Source: Clostridium tepidiprofundi DSM 19306 | Lineage (GTDB): Bacteria; Bacillota; Clostridia; Clostridiales; Clostridiaceae | Assembly (NCBI RefSeq): GCF_001594005.1 | Contig: NZ_LTBA01000009.1 | Location: forward strand, 1-64,000 | Direction of reading: 5' to 3' | Length of the DNA: 64,000 nucleotides | Shown: piece after piece, positions 20,644 through 31,594 of the stretch | How the letters are laid out: every line of letters starts with the position of its first letter | Numbering within the stretch: the first letter of the stretch is position 1 | The notes under the pieces: model-generated | Database searches by the model: none | What the model was told of the DNA's origin: nothing | What the model saw: only the letters and a program-made list of their open reading frames with translations | Made by a program: the position numbers and the translations under genes

Positions 20644-22074
20644 ATGGGTGGAATAGTATTAATTACTATTATTGCAGTTGCGATTTTTATAACTGTTATA
20701 GCATTGCTTTCAAGATACAAGAGATGTCCTTCTGACAAAATACTTGTTATTTACGGTAAGACTGGTAAAAGCAGAGAAGGTGTAGCTAGATCTGCTAGAT
20801 GTATTCACGGTGGAGCTGCGTTTGTTTGCCCAATAATTCAGAGTTATGAGTTCTTAGATTTGACTCCAATGTCCATTGAAGTAAATCTTACTAATGCATT
20901 GAGTAAGCAGCACATAAGAGTCGATGTTCCATCGAGATTTACTGTTGGTATTTCTGTAGAAGAAGGTATTATGACTAATGCTGCAGAAAGATTATTAGGG
21001 CTTAAAACTAGTCAAATTCAGGATTTAGCAAAAGATATCATTTTTGGTCAGCTTAGATTGGTTATAGCTACCATGGATATTGAAGAGATAAATTCTGATA
21101 GAGATAAGTTTTTAGCAAATGTAACAAGTAATGTTGAAGCTGAACTTAAGAAAATAGGTCTTAAACTTATAAATGTAAATATTACTGATATTAATGATGA
21201 ATCAGGATATATTGAAGCTTTAGGTAAAGAGGCTGCAGCTAAAGCAATTAATGATGCTAAGAAGAGTGTTGCTGAAAAGAATAGAGACGGTGCTATTGGT
21301 GAAGCTGAGGCTAAAAGAGAAGAAAGAATTAGAGTATCTGAAGCTAATTCTAAGGCTGTTGAGGGTGAAAACATTGCAAAAATTACAGTTGCTAATTCAG
21401 AAGCAGAAAGAAGATTAAAACAAGCAGAAGCAGAAAGAAAAGCAGTTGCAGCAGAAAAAGTTCAAGCTGCTAAAGCATTGGAAGAAGCATATGCTGCTGA
21501 AATGGAATCTGAAAAAGCTCGTGCAGAGAGAGAAAGAGCAACTAAATATGCGGATGTTGTAGTACATGCTGAAATTGAAAAACAAAGAGTTGAAATTGAA
21601 GCAGAGGCTGAGGCAGAAAAAATAAGACGACATGCAAAAGGTGAAGCAGATGCTATATTAGCTAAAATGGAAGCAGAAGCAAAAGGTGCTATGGAAATAC
21701 TTTCAAAACAAGCTGAAGGTTTTGAGAAACTTGTTAAAGCAGCAGGCAATAATTCTAAAGATGCAGTTATGCTTATGATTGCAGACAAATTACCTGAGAT
21801 TGCTAAAATTCAAGCAGAAGCTATTAAAAATATTAAATTTGATAAGATTACTGTTTGGGACACTATGGGTGGTAAAGGAGATGGTACTTCATCAACAGCT
21901 AATTTCTTGTCTGGTATGATGAAAACTATTCCTCCTATGGAAGATGTATTTAAAATGACAGGAATGGAATTGCCAAATTATTTTAAAGGAAAAGTTGATA
22001 ACAATGAAAAAGAGGAGTATAATGAAGTCAAGGTGGCTTCAGTTGTTGAGGATGATGTAAAAGATAATAAATAA
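20644..22074 (+). CDS. flotillin-like SPFH/band-7 protein (FloT/YuaG-like)
   Basis: N-terminal TM, SPFH core, long A/E/K-rich coiled-coil (EAEAEAEKIRRHAKGEADA). Confidence 0.85.
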   Translation: MGGIVLITIIAVAIFITVIALLSRYKRCPSDKILVIYGKTGKSREGVARSARCIHGGAAFVCPIIQSYEFLDLTPMSIEVNLTNALSKQHIRVDVPSRFTVGISVEEGIMTNAAERLLGLKTSQIQDLAKDIIFGQLRLVIATMDIEEINSDRDKFLANVTSNVEAELKKIGLKLINVNITDINDESGYIEALGKEAAAKAINDAKKSVAEKNRDGAIGEAEAKREERIRVSEANSKAVEGENIAKITVANSEAERRLKQAEAERKAVAAEKVQAAKALEEAYAAEMESEKARAERERATKYADVVVHAEIEKQRVEIEAEAEAEKIRRHAKGEADAILAKMEAEAKGAMEILSKQAEGFEKLVKAAGNNSKDAVMLMIADKLPEIAKIQAEAIKNIKFDKITVWDTMGGKGDGTSSTANFLSGMMKTIPPMEDVFKMTGMELPNYFKGKVDNNEKEEYNEVKVASVVEDDVKDNK

Positions 22075-22097
22075 AAATATATTTGCAATTATAATTT

Positions 22098-22124
22098 AAT
22101 CCCCCTGGGTAAGCTAGGGGGATT
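22098..22124 (+). terminator. terminator hairpin aatccccct / agggggatt
   Basis: Perfect 9-bp GC-rich stem after the flotillin stop. Confidence 0.65.
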
Positions 22125-22227
22125 AAATTATGATTTTGACAAAATAACTCGAAGTTACTTTAAAAGTTTGATATAATAAGTTAGGGGAAAGACAATATTC
22201 AACTAATCCTGTAAGAGGAGGATTAAA

Positions 22228-23193
22228 ATGGAAAATAAGACAATACATCAATTTAATAAAGGTGATAAAATCCAAGGATACTTTCTTATTAAAGATGTAA
22301 GTTGTAAAATTACAAATGGAAGCAATAATAAATTTTTAGATATTAATTTAGTTGATAAAACAGGAGAAATAAATGCAAAACTCTGGAATTGCAATGAAGA
22401 TCAAGAAAATATGTTTAATGATAACATGCTTGTTAAAATTAGAGGAAATATATTAGAGTGGAAAGGAAAATTACAACTTAAGATAGAACTTATAAGACCA
22501 ATAACAGATGAAGATGATATTAATATTGAAGATTATGTTCCTACTGCTCCTGAAAACCCAAGGATAATGTATGATTTAATATTAAAGTATGTTGATAGGA
22601 TTAAAAATAATGATATTAGAAACATTGTTGTGGCAATTTTAGATGAAATAGGACCTAGTATTATGTATTATCCTGCTGCAAAATCTAATCATCATGCAAT
22701 AAGGTCTGGATTATTGTATCATATGTCTACAATGTTAAAAGCAGGGGATAGATTGAGTGAAGTATATGATTTTATTGATAAAGATTTATTGTTTGCGGGT
22801 ATAATATTGCATGATATTGCTAAAATAGATGAAATGGATTCGAGTGAACTTGGAATTGTAAGTGAGTATACTGTGGAAGGGCAGTTATTAGGACATATCG
22901 TAATGGGAGTTAGAAAAGTGGAAATTGCTGCTCAAAAAGTAAAAGCAGATAAAGAAATTTCAATGTTGCTTCAGCATATGATATTGACACATCATTATGA
23001 GCCTGAATATGGAAGTCCTAAGAAGCCTATGATACCTGAAGCAGAGCTTTTACATTATCTTGACATAATGGATGCGAGAATGTATGATATGAAAAAAGCT
23101 TTGAAGGATGTTGAAACTGGAAGTTTTTCTGATAGAATTTGGTCTTTAGATAATTTGAGTGTGTACAAAAGTAAAATTGATAATATTAAATAA
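22228..23193 (+). CDS. yhaM: 3'-5' exoribonuclease YhaM-like (OB-fold + HD domain)
   Basis: N-terminal OB-fold (GEINAKLWN) followed by the HD motif ILHDIAKI ... HH. Confidence 0.7.
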   Translation: MENKTIHQFNKGDKIQGYFLIKDVSCKITNGSNNKFLDINLVDKTGEINAKLWNCNEDQENMFNDNMLVKIRGNILEWKGKLQLKIELIRPITDEDDINIEDYVPTAPENPRIMYDLILKYVDRIKNNDIRNIVVAILDEIGPSIMYYPAAKSNHHAIRSGLLYHMSTMLKAGDRLSEVYDFIDKDLLFAGIILHDIAKIDEMDSSELGIVSEYTVEGQLLGHIVMGVRKVEIAAQKVKADKEISMLLQHMILTHHYEPEYGSPKKPMIPEAELLHYLDIMDARMYDMKKALKDVETGSFSDRIWSLDNLSVYKSKIDNIK

Positions 23194-23206
23194 AGGTGTG
23201 GTGATT

Positions 23207-23419
23207 ATGAAAGGTATTATTGATAGATTTGAAGGACAATTTGCTATAGTCGAATTGGATGATGGCGAAATTGTAAACGTACCTAAAATAAGAATGCCTT
23301 CTGATGCTGAAGAAGGTATGGTTATAGATATAGATGAAACTATAACTATCAATTATAAAGAAACAGAAATTAGAAAAACGGAAAATGATTCTTTAGCAAA
23401 AGAACTATGGGAAGACTAG
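23207..23419 (+). CDS. small DUF3006-like protein
   Basis: 70-aa ORF MKGIIDRFEGQFAIVELDDGE after RBS aaggtgtggtg. Confidence 0.45.
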   Translation: MKGIIDRFEGQFAIVELDDGEIVNVPKIRMPSDAEEGMVIDIDETITINYKETEIRKTENDSLAKELWED

Positions 23420-23470
23420 AATTAGAAGCAAATCATTTAAAGTACAATGGTTTGCTTCTAATTCATTTTG
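23420..23470 (+). terminator. terminator: 13-bp perfect stem aattagaagcaaa / tttgcttctaatt + TTTTGG
   Basis: Seen directly after the stop at 23417-23419. Confidence 0.7.
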
Positions 23471-23640
23471 GAGATTGTGCTTTTGAGTTTTATTCTATGT
23501 ATATTATTTTTGCAAAATTAGAAGTGATCATTTGATATTATGCAAAAACACGAATTATTTAAATGGAATTCATAAAAATATTCGTATTTTTATTGACTAG
23601 TATTAGGGGGTCTGATATTATATATACGGAGGGGATTGCT

Positions 23641-25068
23641 TTGAAAAATTATTATGATGTTATAATTGTAGGTGCAGGTCCTGCAGGTATTTTTACAGCT
23701 TTAGAAATTACTAAATTAAAACCTGATTTAAGTGTTTTGATTGTCGATAAAGGAAGAAATATTGAAAAAAGAGTATGTCCTGCGAGAAAGACTGGAAAAT
23801 GCGTAAAATGTAATCCTTGTGGAATAACTTTTGGTTGGTCTGGAGCAGGAGCTTTTTCTGATGGTAAGCTTTCTTTAAGTCCAGAAGTTGGCGGCAGAAT
23901 ATTGGATTATTATTCAGAAGATGAATCAATAAAATTAATTCAATATTGTGATGATATATATTTGAAATTTGGGGCAAATGAAACTGTTCATGGTTTAAAT
24001 AATGAGAGAGTAGAAGAAATTAAATATGAAGCAAGTAAGCATAATATAAGACTTATAGAATGCCCAGTTAGGCACTTAGGAACTGAGTTAGCTTATGAAG
24101 TTTTAAAGAAAATGTACTACCATTTAATAGAGAATACCAAAACTGAATTTTATGAGCTTGCTGAAGTTGATAAAATTCTTGTAGAGAATAATAAAGCTGT
24201 TGGTATTATAATAAATAACAAAGAAGGACAAATTAAAGTAGAAGGTGGTTTTGTAATAGCAGCTCCAGGAAGAGGAGGGGCTGAATGGTTATCAAAGGAA
24301 GCTAAGAGATTGAATGTAAGCGTTAAGAATAATGCGGTTGATATTGGAGTTAGAGTTGAAGTACCGAATTCAATAATGGATCATTTAACTAAAGATTTAT
24401 ATGAAGCTAAATTGGTTTATTATTCAGATACATTTGATAATAAAGTTAGAACGTTTTGTATGAATCCAGGTGGCGTTGTTTCAGAAGAGCATTATGATGA
24501 TAACGGTAAAGAATTTGCAGTTGTTAATGGACATAGTTATTCTCAAAAAGGATTAAGAACAGAAAATACTAATTTCGCAGTTCTGGTATCTACAACATTT
24601 ACAGAACCATTTAATCAGCCTATAGAGTATGGAAAATCTATTGCTAAGCTTGGCAATATGCTTACAGGTGGAGGAATTATGGTTCAAAGGTTGGGTGATT
24701 TGATAAAGGGCAGAAGAACAAATGCTTCAAGATTGAAAAAATCGACTACAATTCCAACTTTGAAATCAGCAATTCCAGGTGATTTGAGTTTTGCTCTTCC
24801 ACAAAGGCATTTAACTTCTATTATTGAAGCACTTAAAGCATTTGATAGTATAGCGCCTGGATTATATAGCAAAAATACTTTATTATATGGTGTAGAGGTT
24901 AAGTTTTATTCAAGTAAATTTGAAACTAACAATTCTTTTGAAACTGAGATTGAAAATTTATATACAATAGGTGATGGTGCAGGAATTACTAGAGGATTGA
25001 TGCAAGCATCAGTTACCGGTGTTGTAGTTGCAAGAGATATTGCAGATAAAATTTCTAAAAACGATTAA
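23641..25068 (+). CDS. FAD-dependent protein (COG2509-like NAD(P)/FAD-dependent oxidoreductase)
   Basis: VIIVGAGPAGIFTA dinucleotide-binding motif; TTG start after acggagggg; the longer track start lacks an RBS. Confidence 0.7.
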   Translation: MKNYYDVIIVGAGPAGIFTALEITKLKPDLSVLIVDKGRNIEKRVCPARKTGKCVKCNPCGITFGWSGAGAFSDGKLSLSPEVGGRILDYYSEDESIKLIQYCDDIYLKFGANETVHGLNNERVEEIKYEASKHNIRLIECPVRHLGTELAYEVLKKMYYHLIENTKTEFYELAEVDKILVENNKAVGIIINNKEGQIKVEGGFVIAAPGRGGAEWLSKEAKRLNVSVKNNAVDIGVRVEVPNSIMDHLTKDLYEAKLVYYSDTFDNKVRTFCMNPGGVVSEEHYDDNGKEFAVVNGHSYSQKGLRTENTNFAVLVSTTFTEPFNQPIEYGKSIAKLGNMLTGGGIMVQRLGDLIKGRRTNASRLKKSTTIPTLKSAIPGDLSFALPQRHLTSIIEALKAFDSIAPGLYSKNTLLYGVEVKFYSSKFETNNSFETEIENLYTIGDGAGITRGLMQASVTGVVVARDIADKISKND

Positions 25069-25121
25069 TTATTGGTGTTTGTTTGCAAAGATAAGTTTTT
25101 ATTGATATCTATAGATTATAA

Positions 25122-26435
<1,314 letters not shown>

Positions 26436-26448
26436 TTGTAGATGGTGT

Positions 26449-26512
26449 TTAGTAAGTAAAAAAAGGGCTGTCGCATTACCAATTAAAAATTGCTAATGTG
26501 CAGCTCTTTTTT
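26449..26512. terminator. imperfect long hairpin between convergent purA and the flavoprotein gene, then TTTTTT
   Basis: gggctgtcgcattaccaatt / aattgctaatgtgcagctc partial complementarity. Confidence 0.4.
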
Positions 26513-26554
26513 AGGCTATATTTTTGAAGAAAATATAGCTGGTTTAATGTAAAT

Positions 26555-27811
26555 TTAGTTTTTATGGCAGGCACTTTTTGCTGCTATAAATCCTGAACTC
26601 CAAGCCCATTGGAGATTAAATCCACCACAATCGCCATCTACGTCAAGTATTTCACCTGCAAAATAAAGATTTTTTACGATTTTAGATTCAAGAGTTTTAG
26701 GATTGATTTCTAGGGTGTCAACGCCTCCAGCAGTTACTTGAGAATTGTTGAAAGATTTAGTTCCTATGACATCAAATGACCATTCTTTAAGTAATCGCAA
26801 TATGTTATTCTGTTCTTTCCAAGTGATATCGTAACATGGTTTATGTATATCATTTATTCCAGCTTCCTTCAAAAGTATAGGAATAATTTTCTTGTTTATT
26901 ATTCCTATAAATGAATTATGTATGCTTCTATATCCGAAAGTTCCCCAGTGATTTTCTAGAAAGTCTTTTAATTTGTCATATTCAAATTCAGGCAATAAGT
27001 CGACTTTCAGTGTAATATTGTCATTTTTAAGTGAATGATAAGATGCTATTCTGCTTAGTTGAAAAACGGGTATACCTGATATACCGTAATCTGTAAATAG
27101 TATTTCTCCATATTCTTTTCTTATTAAAGTGTTATTTATGAATATGGATACTGAACCGTTAAATTTTATTCCAGATAAAGCTTTTAATTTGTTATAGTTT
27201 AGTTTTATTTGAACTAATGATGGAATAGGGTCAATTATTTTATGTCCAAGTTGTTTTGCTAACTTATATCCTGAACCGTCAGAACCGGTTTTAGGATAAG
27301 ATTTTCCTCCAGTGCATAGAATTAGTTTTTTACATTCAAATATATTTCCATCATGAGTATGCAAGTTAAACAAGCTATCTTTAATAGCTATTTCAAACAC
27401 TTTAGAGTTTGTATATACGGGTATTGATTTGTCTTCTAAGGACAGTCTGAATATATCTAATACAGAAGATGCTTGAAGTGACATAGGATACATTTTACCT
27501 TCATCTAATGTGATTAAATGAAGTCCGAGTGTATTAAAAAAGTTAATGGTATCCTTGACGGTGAAATTATTGAGAACAAACTCAGGAAAATTTTTATTAT
27601 TACAATGATATCTATTTATATTGATATTTATATTTGATATATTGCAGCGACCATTTCCAGTGGAAAGTATTTTTTTGCCGATTCTATCTGTACTTTCTAA
27701 AATAGCCACATCGATTCCCATATCTTTTGCAGTGATAGCTGATATTATTCCTGATGCACCACCACCAATAATTATTAATTCATGCTTCAATATAATCGTT
27801 TCCTTTCTCAT
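26555..27811 (-). CDS. HI0933/BaiN-like NAD(P)/FAD-dependent flavoprotein (aminoacetone oxidase family)
   Basis: IIIGGGASGIISA N-terminus and C-terminal GEILDVDGDCGGFNLQWAW block; start placed at MRKETII (27811), could be 27868. Confidence 0.8.
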   Translation of the reverse strand: MRKETIILKHELIIIGGGASGIISAITAKDMGIDVAILESTDRIGKKILSTGNGRCNISNINININRYHCNNKNFPEFVLNNFTVKDTINFFNTLGLHLITLDEGKMYPMSLQASSVLDIFRLSLEDKSIPVYTNSKVFEIAIKDSLFNLHTHDGNIFECKKLILCTGGKSYPKTGSDGSGYKLAKQLGHKIIDPIPSLVQIKLNYNKLKALSGIKFNGSVSIFINNTLIRKEYGEILFTDYGISGIPVFQLSRIASYHSLKNDNITLKVDLLPEFEYDKLKDFLENHWGTFGYRSIHNSFIGIINKKIIPILLKEAGINDIHKPCYDITWKEQNNILRLLKEWSFDVIGTKSFNNSQVTAGGVDTLEINPKTLESKIVKNLYFAGEILDVDGDCGGFNLQWAWSSGFIAAKSACHKN

Positions 27812-27937
27812 ATTATTTTTGTTAGTATTGCTAATATTAATTATAATTATTTTAAGAAAAAGTAGCAATGAATATTGATGAATTCTATGTATTAGTGCTT
27901 GGAAAATATTAATTGAATAAAAAAATAAAAAAATGTG

Positions 27938-27966
27938 TTGACATGAGGGCTATTTTTATGTATGAT
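27938..27966 (+). promoter_or_regulatory. tRNA operon promoter P1: TTGACA, 17 nt, TATGAT
   Basis: Near-consensus sigma-A hexamers. Confidence 0.6.
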
Positions 27967-28022
27967 ATAGCTTGTCGGGTTGATTGGTGTGTGAAAATCT
28001 TAAAATAATAATCCAATCATGT

Positions 28023-28052
28023 ATTGACAGAAGCAAATCTCGTGTGATAAAA
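28023..28052 (+). promoter_or_regulatory. tRNA operon promoter P2: TTGACA, 18 nt, TG-extended TAAAAT; a third TTGACA at 28100 gives stacked promoters
   Basis: Tandem promoters are typical of stable-RNA operons. Confidence 0.5.
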
Positions 28053-28145
28053 TTAAAACCTGTGAGGGAGCAAATAGTTCCTTAATTAAGTATGAAGTGT
28101 TGACATAGATGGGTTAAAAAGTATTGCATGTGATGGAGTAAACAT

Positions 28146-28220
28146 GGCTCCTTGGTCAAGCGGTTAAGACATCGCCCTTTCACGGCGGTAACAGGGGTTC
28201 GATTCCCCTAGGAGTCACCA
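28146..28220 (+). tRNA. tRNA-Glu (TTC)
   Basis: Cloverleaf with anticodon loop cuUUCac and encoded CCA. Confidence 0.9.
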
Positions 28221-28226
28221 TAATGT

Positions 28227-28302
28227 GGGCGCATAGCTCAGCTGGGAGAGCACTTGCCTTACAAGCAAGGGGTCACAGGTTCGAGCCCTGTTGTGCCCAC
28301 CA
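28227..28302 (+). tRNA. tRNA-Val (TAC)
   Basis: GGGCGCATAGCTCAGCTGGGAGAGC, anticodon loop cuUACaa, CCA encoded. Confidence 0.9.
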
Positions 28303-28459
28303 CTTTAAATAAGGTACCAGGTACTAGGAATAAACAAGTTTTTCTCCTAGCACTTAGCATGAATTCTGGTAGCTAGTTGCTAAATCGCGAGTTTGTTTTG
28401 GAGACTAGTGATTAGAGGTTAGCACCTAGACCTAGCACCTAAATCTTATATAATAACGC

Positions 28460-28536
28460 GGCCCGGTGGCTCAGATGGTTAGAGTGCCGGCCTGTCACGC
28501 CGGAGGTCGAGGGTTCGATCCCCTTCCGGGTCGCCA
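28460..28536 (+). tRNA. tRNA-Asp (GTC)
   Basis: Anticodon loop cuGUCac, GGTTCGATCC T-loop, discriminator G, CCA encoded. Confidence 0.9.
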
Positions 28537-28559
28537 AAGTATTTGTCAAGAGTAAATAT

Positions 28560-28634
28560 GGCTCCTTGGTCAAGCGGTTAAGACATCGCCCTTTCACGGC
28601 GGTAACAGGGGTTCGATTCCCCTAGGAGTCACCA
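28560..28634 (+). tRNA. tRNA-Glu (TTC), second copy
   Basis: Identical to the 28146-28220 copy. Confidence 0.9.
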
Positions 28635-28640
28635 TAATGT

Positions 28641-28716
28641 GGGCGCATAGCTCAGCTGGGAGAGCACTTGCCTTACAAGCAAGGGGTCACAGGTTCGAAC
28701 CCTGTTGTGCCCACCA
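28641..28716 (+). tRNA. tRNA-Val (TAC), second copy (T-loop ttcgaAc vs ttcgaGc)
   Basis: Identical to the first copy except one T-loop position. Confidence 0.9.
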
Positions 28717-28873
28717 CTTTAAATGAGGTACCAAGTACTAGGAATAAGCAAGTTTTTCTCCTAGCACTTAGCATGAATTCTAGTAGCTAGTTGCTAAATC
28801 GCGAGTTTGTTTTGGAGACTGGTGATTAGAGAGTGGTACTTAGATTTAGCACTTAAATCTTGTATAATAACGC

Positions 28874-28950
28874 GGCCCGGTGGCTCAGATGGTTAGAGTG
28901 CCGGCCTGTCACGCCGGAGGTCGAGGGTTCGATCCCCTTCCGGGTCGCCA
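28874..28950 (+). tRNA. tRNA-Asp (GTC), second copy
   Basis: Identical to the 28460-28536 copy. Confidence 0.9.
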
Positions 28951-28955
28951 AATAT

Positions 28956-29031
28956 GCTGGCATGGCTCAATTGGTAGAGCAGCTGACTTGTAATCAGCAG
29001 GTTGTAGGTTCAAGTCCTATTGCCAGCTCCA
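28956..29031 (+). tRNA. tRNA-Thr (TGT)
   Basis: Anticodon loop cuUGUaa, acceptor gctggca / tgccagc, CCA encoded. Confidence 0.9.
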
Positions 29032-29032
29032 T

Positions 29033-29067
29033 AAAAAAGTCCTAAACTTATAGTTTAGGACTTTTTT
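29033..29067. terminator. bidirectional terminator AAAAAA-gtcctaaac / gtttaggac-TTTTTT
   Basis: Perfect 9-bp stem flanked by A- and T-runs between the tRNA operon and the convergent dnaI-like gene. Confidence 0.8.
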
Positions 29068-30049
29068 ATGTGCTAATTTTGTTGAAATTATTTTTTATTC
29101 TGATATCATCACCATAGAATTTGCAAATTGTAAAATTGCCCAATAACCTTGATGACATTCTTTCGGAATATAAATCCAAAATATCTTCTAGCGAAAAATT
29201 TGTTGATATTATCATTTTCTTTTTTTTAATCAACTTCTTGTTTATAAAATTAAAAAAATCAGATTTTGATGAGCTTGTCATTGGTTCTGAACCTAAGTCA
29301 TCAATTATAAGTAAATCACAGTCCATAATGAGTTTTTCTATGTTAAAAGCATTATTAAACTTTATTTCTCTCAAATCGTTTATTAAACTTTCTGCAGTTC
29401 TATATACTACTAGATTTCCACTATCTAATAATTCTTTTGCAATGCAGTGACTTAAAAAAGTTTTGCCAGTACCGGATGTACCGTAAAACAGTAAATTTTC
29501 ATTAGAATGATTAAAATTTTTAACGAATGAGTGAGCAATATTAAGATTTTTTTTCATATTTTGTCTAGGGCTATCAATACCATCTGATATTCTATGAGTA
29601 TCATAGTATTCGATATTAAAGTTTGAGAAATTATTTTGCTCTAGTAAATCTTTTAAATCTGAATCTTCATAGTAGAGTTGTACTAATTTTTTGTAGTAAC
29701 AAGAACATTTTTTTGTTCCTATAAATCCAGTATCTTTACATTTATTGCAATGATAATGAATATTTAAATAATCCATAGGGTATTTGTGAGCCACTAGCAA
29801 TTCAGTTTTCCTAATTCTTAAATCAGTTATTTCTTTTTTTAAATTTGATAGATATTCTTCTCTTTTTTCTACATTTTTAAAGGCTAAAAGAGCAACTTCA
29901 ATGCAAAGATTTCCTATTTTGCGTTCTATATCTAGAACTTCAGGAATGATTTTTTTGATTTCTTCTCTCCGTTCTCTTAAATTATTTTCTTCATATTCTC
30001 GTATTTCTTCATACATTTTTAATATTTTAGTTTGATAACCTTTAATCAT
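29066..30049 (-). CDS. dnaI: DnaI/DnaC-like AAA+ helicase loader with N-terminal Cys-rich (Zn-finger-like) region
   Basis: Walker A FYGTSGTGKTFL, Walker B LLIIDDLG; N-terminal HCNKC ... CSC. Confidence 0.75.
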   Translation of the reverse strand: MIKGYQTKILKMYEEIREYEENNLRERREEIKKIIPEVLDIERKIGNLCIEVALLAFKNVEKREEYLSNLKKEITDLRIRKTELLVAHKYPMDYLNIHYHCNKCKDTGFIGTKKCSCYYKKLVQLYYEDSDLKDLLEQNNFSNFNIEYYDTHRISDGIDSPRQNMKKNLNIAHSFVKNFNHSNENLLFYGTSGTGKTFLSHCIAKELLDSGNLVVYRTAESLINDLREIKFNNAFNIEKLIMDCDLLIIDDLGSEPMTSSSKSDFFNFINKKLIKKKKMIISTNFSLEDILDLYSERMSSRLLGNFTICKFYGDDIRIKNNFNKIST

Positions 30050-31037
30050 GTTTATCCCATCCTAATAATTTCTTTTCTAATTCGGTAAAATTATAGCTTC
30101 TTTGATGATAATTAGTAAAGCTATCTTTTTGTCTTGAATTTTTATATGATGATTTATGTTTATATATTGATTTTTGTTTATCTTTCTTTTCTATTTCTTC
30201 TACAGATCTTAAATTATCTTTGAACCAATTGTTTAAAATTGCATCTATATATTTAAAATCAGCTTTATTGATTCTTTCAAAAGTTATGTCACATGCTTTA
30301 TAAATTACATCTAAAGAAAATTTATAAACGTTTATCCATTTTAGCAATAACTTTTCTTGAGGTTTCATAACATCAGAGTTGTTGATACCTAAATAATTTA
30401 AAATCTTTCTTATTTTTATCCAGTTGTCTTCATGTTTTTTAATAAAAATCTGAGCATCATTGACATCATTGATATTTGAGTCATGCCATGATAGTGCTAT
30501 TTTTTCAATATATCTGTAATCGACCTTACCTTTTGAAGCACAGTATTGAATTAAAAGTAGAATTAATTCAGGTGAAAAATTGAAATCTTTATGCCAACTG
30601 AGATACATGGTTATCTCTTTAGAAGAAAGTGAACGACCTAAAAGTTTTTCTATATCATGTAACATATCTTTAAGAGAAGTATTGTTTAATTCTTCAAGAA
30701 TATTTATATTTTCATTACTGTCTTCTTCTAAAGAACTAATATCAATAAATTCTATACTATAATTTCCCTTAGAATCAATAGGTTTCATTTTAATTAAACC
30801 TTGTTCACTCCAATAATTCCATGCATTTAGTACATCTGATTCAAGAAGTTGTAATTTGCTTGAAATCATATCAGATGAAACACCGAGTTCTCCTGATAAA
30901 CAATATTTTAAACCAAGTAAATATACTTTTATATATTCACCTCTTGCTTTTGGCATAAATCTGTCTATAAAAATGTTGCTTACAGGAGTATATTTATTAT
31001 ACTTATTATAAAATGTGAAAGTGCTCATAATATGCAC
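30042..31037 (-). CDS. DnaD-domain replication initiation / membrane attachment protein (DnaB/DnaD-like)
   Basis: C-terminal DnaD-type block (ILNNWFKDNLRSVEEIE); 8-nt overlap with the downstream dnaI-like gene suggests an operon. Confidence 0.65.
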   Translation of the reverse strand: MHIMSTFTFYNKYNKYTPVSNIFIDRFMPKARGEYIKVYLLGLKYCLSGELGVSSDMISSKLQLLESDVLNAWNYWSEQGLIKMKPIDSKGNYSIEFIDISSLEEDSNENINILEELNNTSLKDMLHDIEKLLGRSLSSKEITMYLSWHKDFNFSPELILLLIQYCASKGKVDYRYIEKIALSWHDSNINDVNDAQIFIKKHEDNWIKIRKILNYLGINNSDVMKPQEKLLLKWINVYKFSLDVIYKACDITFERINKADFKYIDAILNNWFKDNLRSVEEIEKKDKQKSIYKHKSSYKNSRQKDSFTNYHQRSYNFTELEKKLLGWDKHD

Positions 31038-31241
31038 CCTTTCTATATAAATGAAATTTAATTTTTACACTTTTAATTTTTACATAGAAAACAAAAGTGC
31101 ATAGTAATTAATATCAATGATTGTAACAAGTATTATATAGCATGATTGATTAAAAATCAAATTGAATAGAGTGCATTATAAATTTTAAATTATAAATTTA
31201 AAAAGGATTTTAGACTAATAATGTTGAATGAGATAATATTA

Positions 31242-31250
31242 TGGTATAAT
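31242..31250 (+). promoter_or_regulatory. extended -10 promoter element TGgTATAAT
   Basis: About 45 nt upstream of the small ORF at 31294. Confidence 0.4.
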
Positions 31251-31293
31251 TAGATACGTAAGTATAAATAAGGAATAGCACAGGAGGAATTAT

Positions 31294-31506
31294 ATGGAAT
31301 TATATGTACTAATAAGTTCACTAGCTGATATATTTTGCAATATTGCTTTAGTTGGAACTGTTATAACCATATTACTATTTATAGTTACTTTGATATTTAA
31401 CATTTCTTCAATGAAGAAAATAGTCCTTTATTTTTGTGGAATGTTTACAATAATATGGATTTTACAAGTAGGATGTAATGTTTATTTGTTGATTAATTTG
31501 ACTTAA
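31294..31506 (+). CDS. hypothetical 70-aa two-TM membrane peptide
   Basis: Strong RBS aggagga 8 nt upstream; two hydrophobic helices; precedes the TCS/ABC module. Confidence 0.4.
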   Translation: MELYVLISSLADIFCNIALVGTVITILLFIVTLIFNISSMKKIVLYFCGMFTIIWILQVGCNVYLLINLT

Positions 31507-31594
31507 TAAGAACTAAAGAAATTGGACATGCAAAGAAGCATGTCTAATTTAATAATTTTATATAAATTATTTTGCCTAGTGGGGAGGGTAAAAA

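Noticed and set aside
28860-29045. 61-aa ORF on the plus strand
   Set aside because: It overlaps tRNA-Asp and tRNA-Thr; it is an artefact of translating stable RNA genes.
31058-31084. Direct repeat TTAATTTTTACA x2 (15-bp period) between the divergent dnaD-like gene and the small-peptide/TCS operon, possible OmpR-type regulator site
   Set aside because: AT-rich context makes a short 12-mer repeat likely by chance. The period is 15 rather than the 10-11 bp expected for OmpR-family tandem sites.
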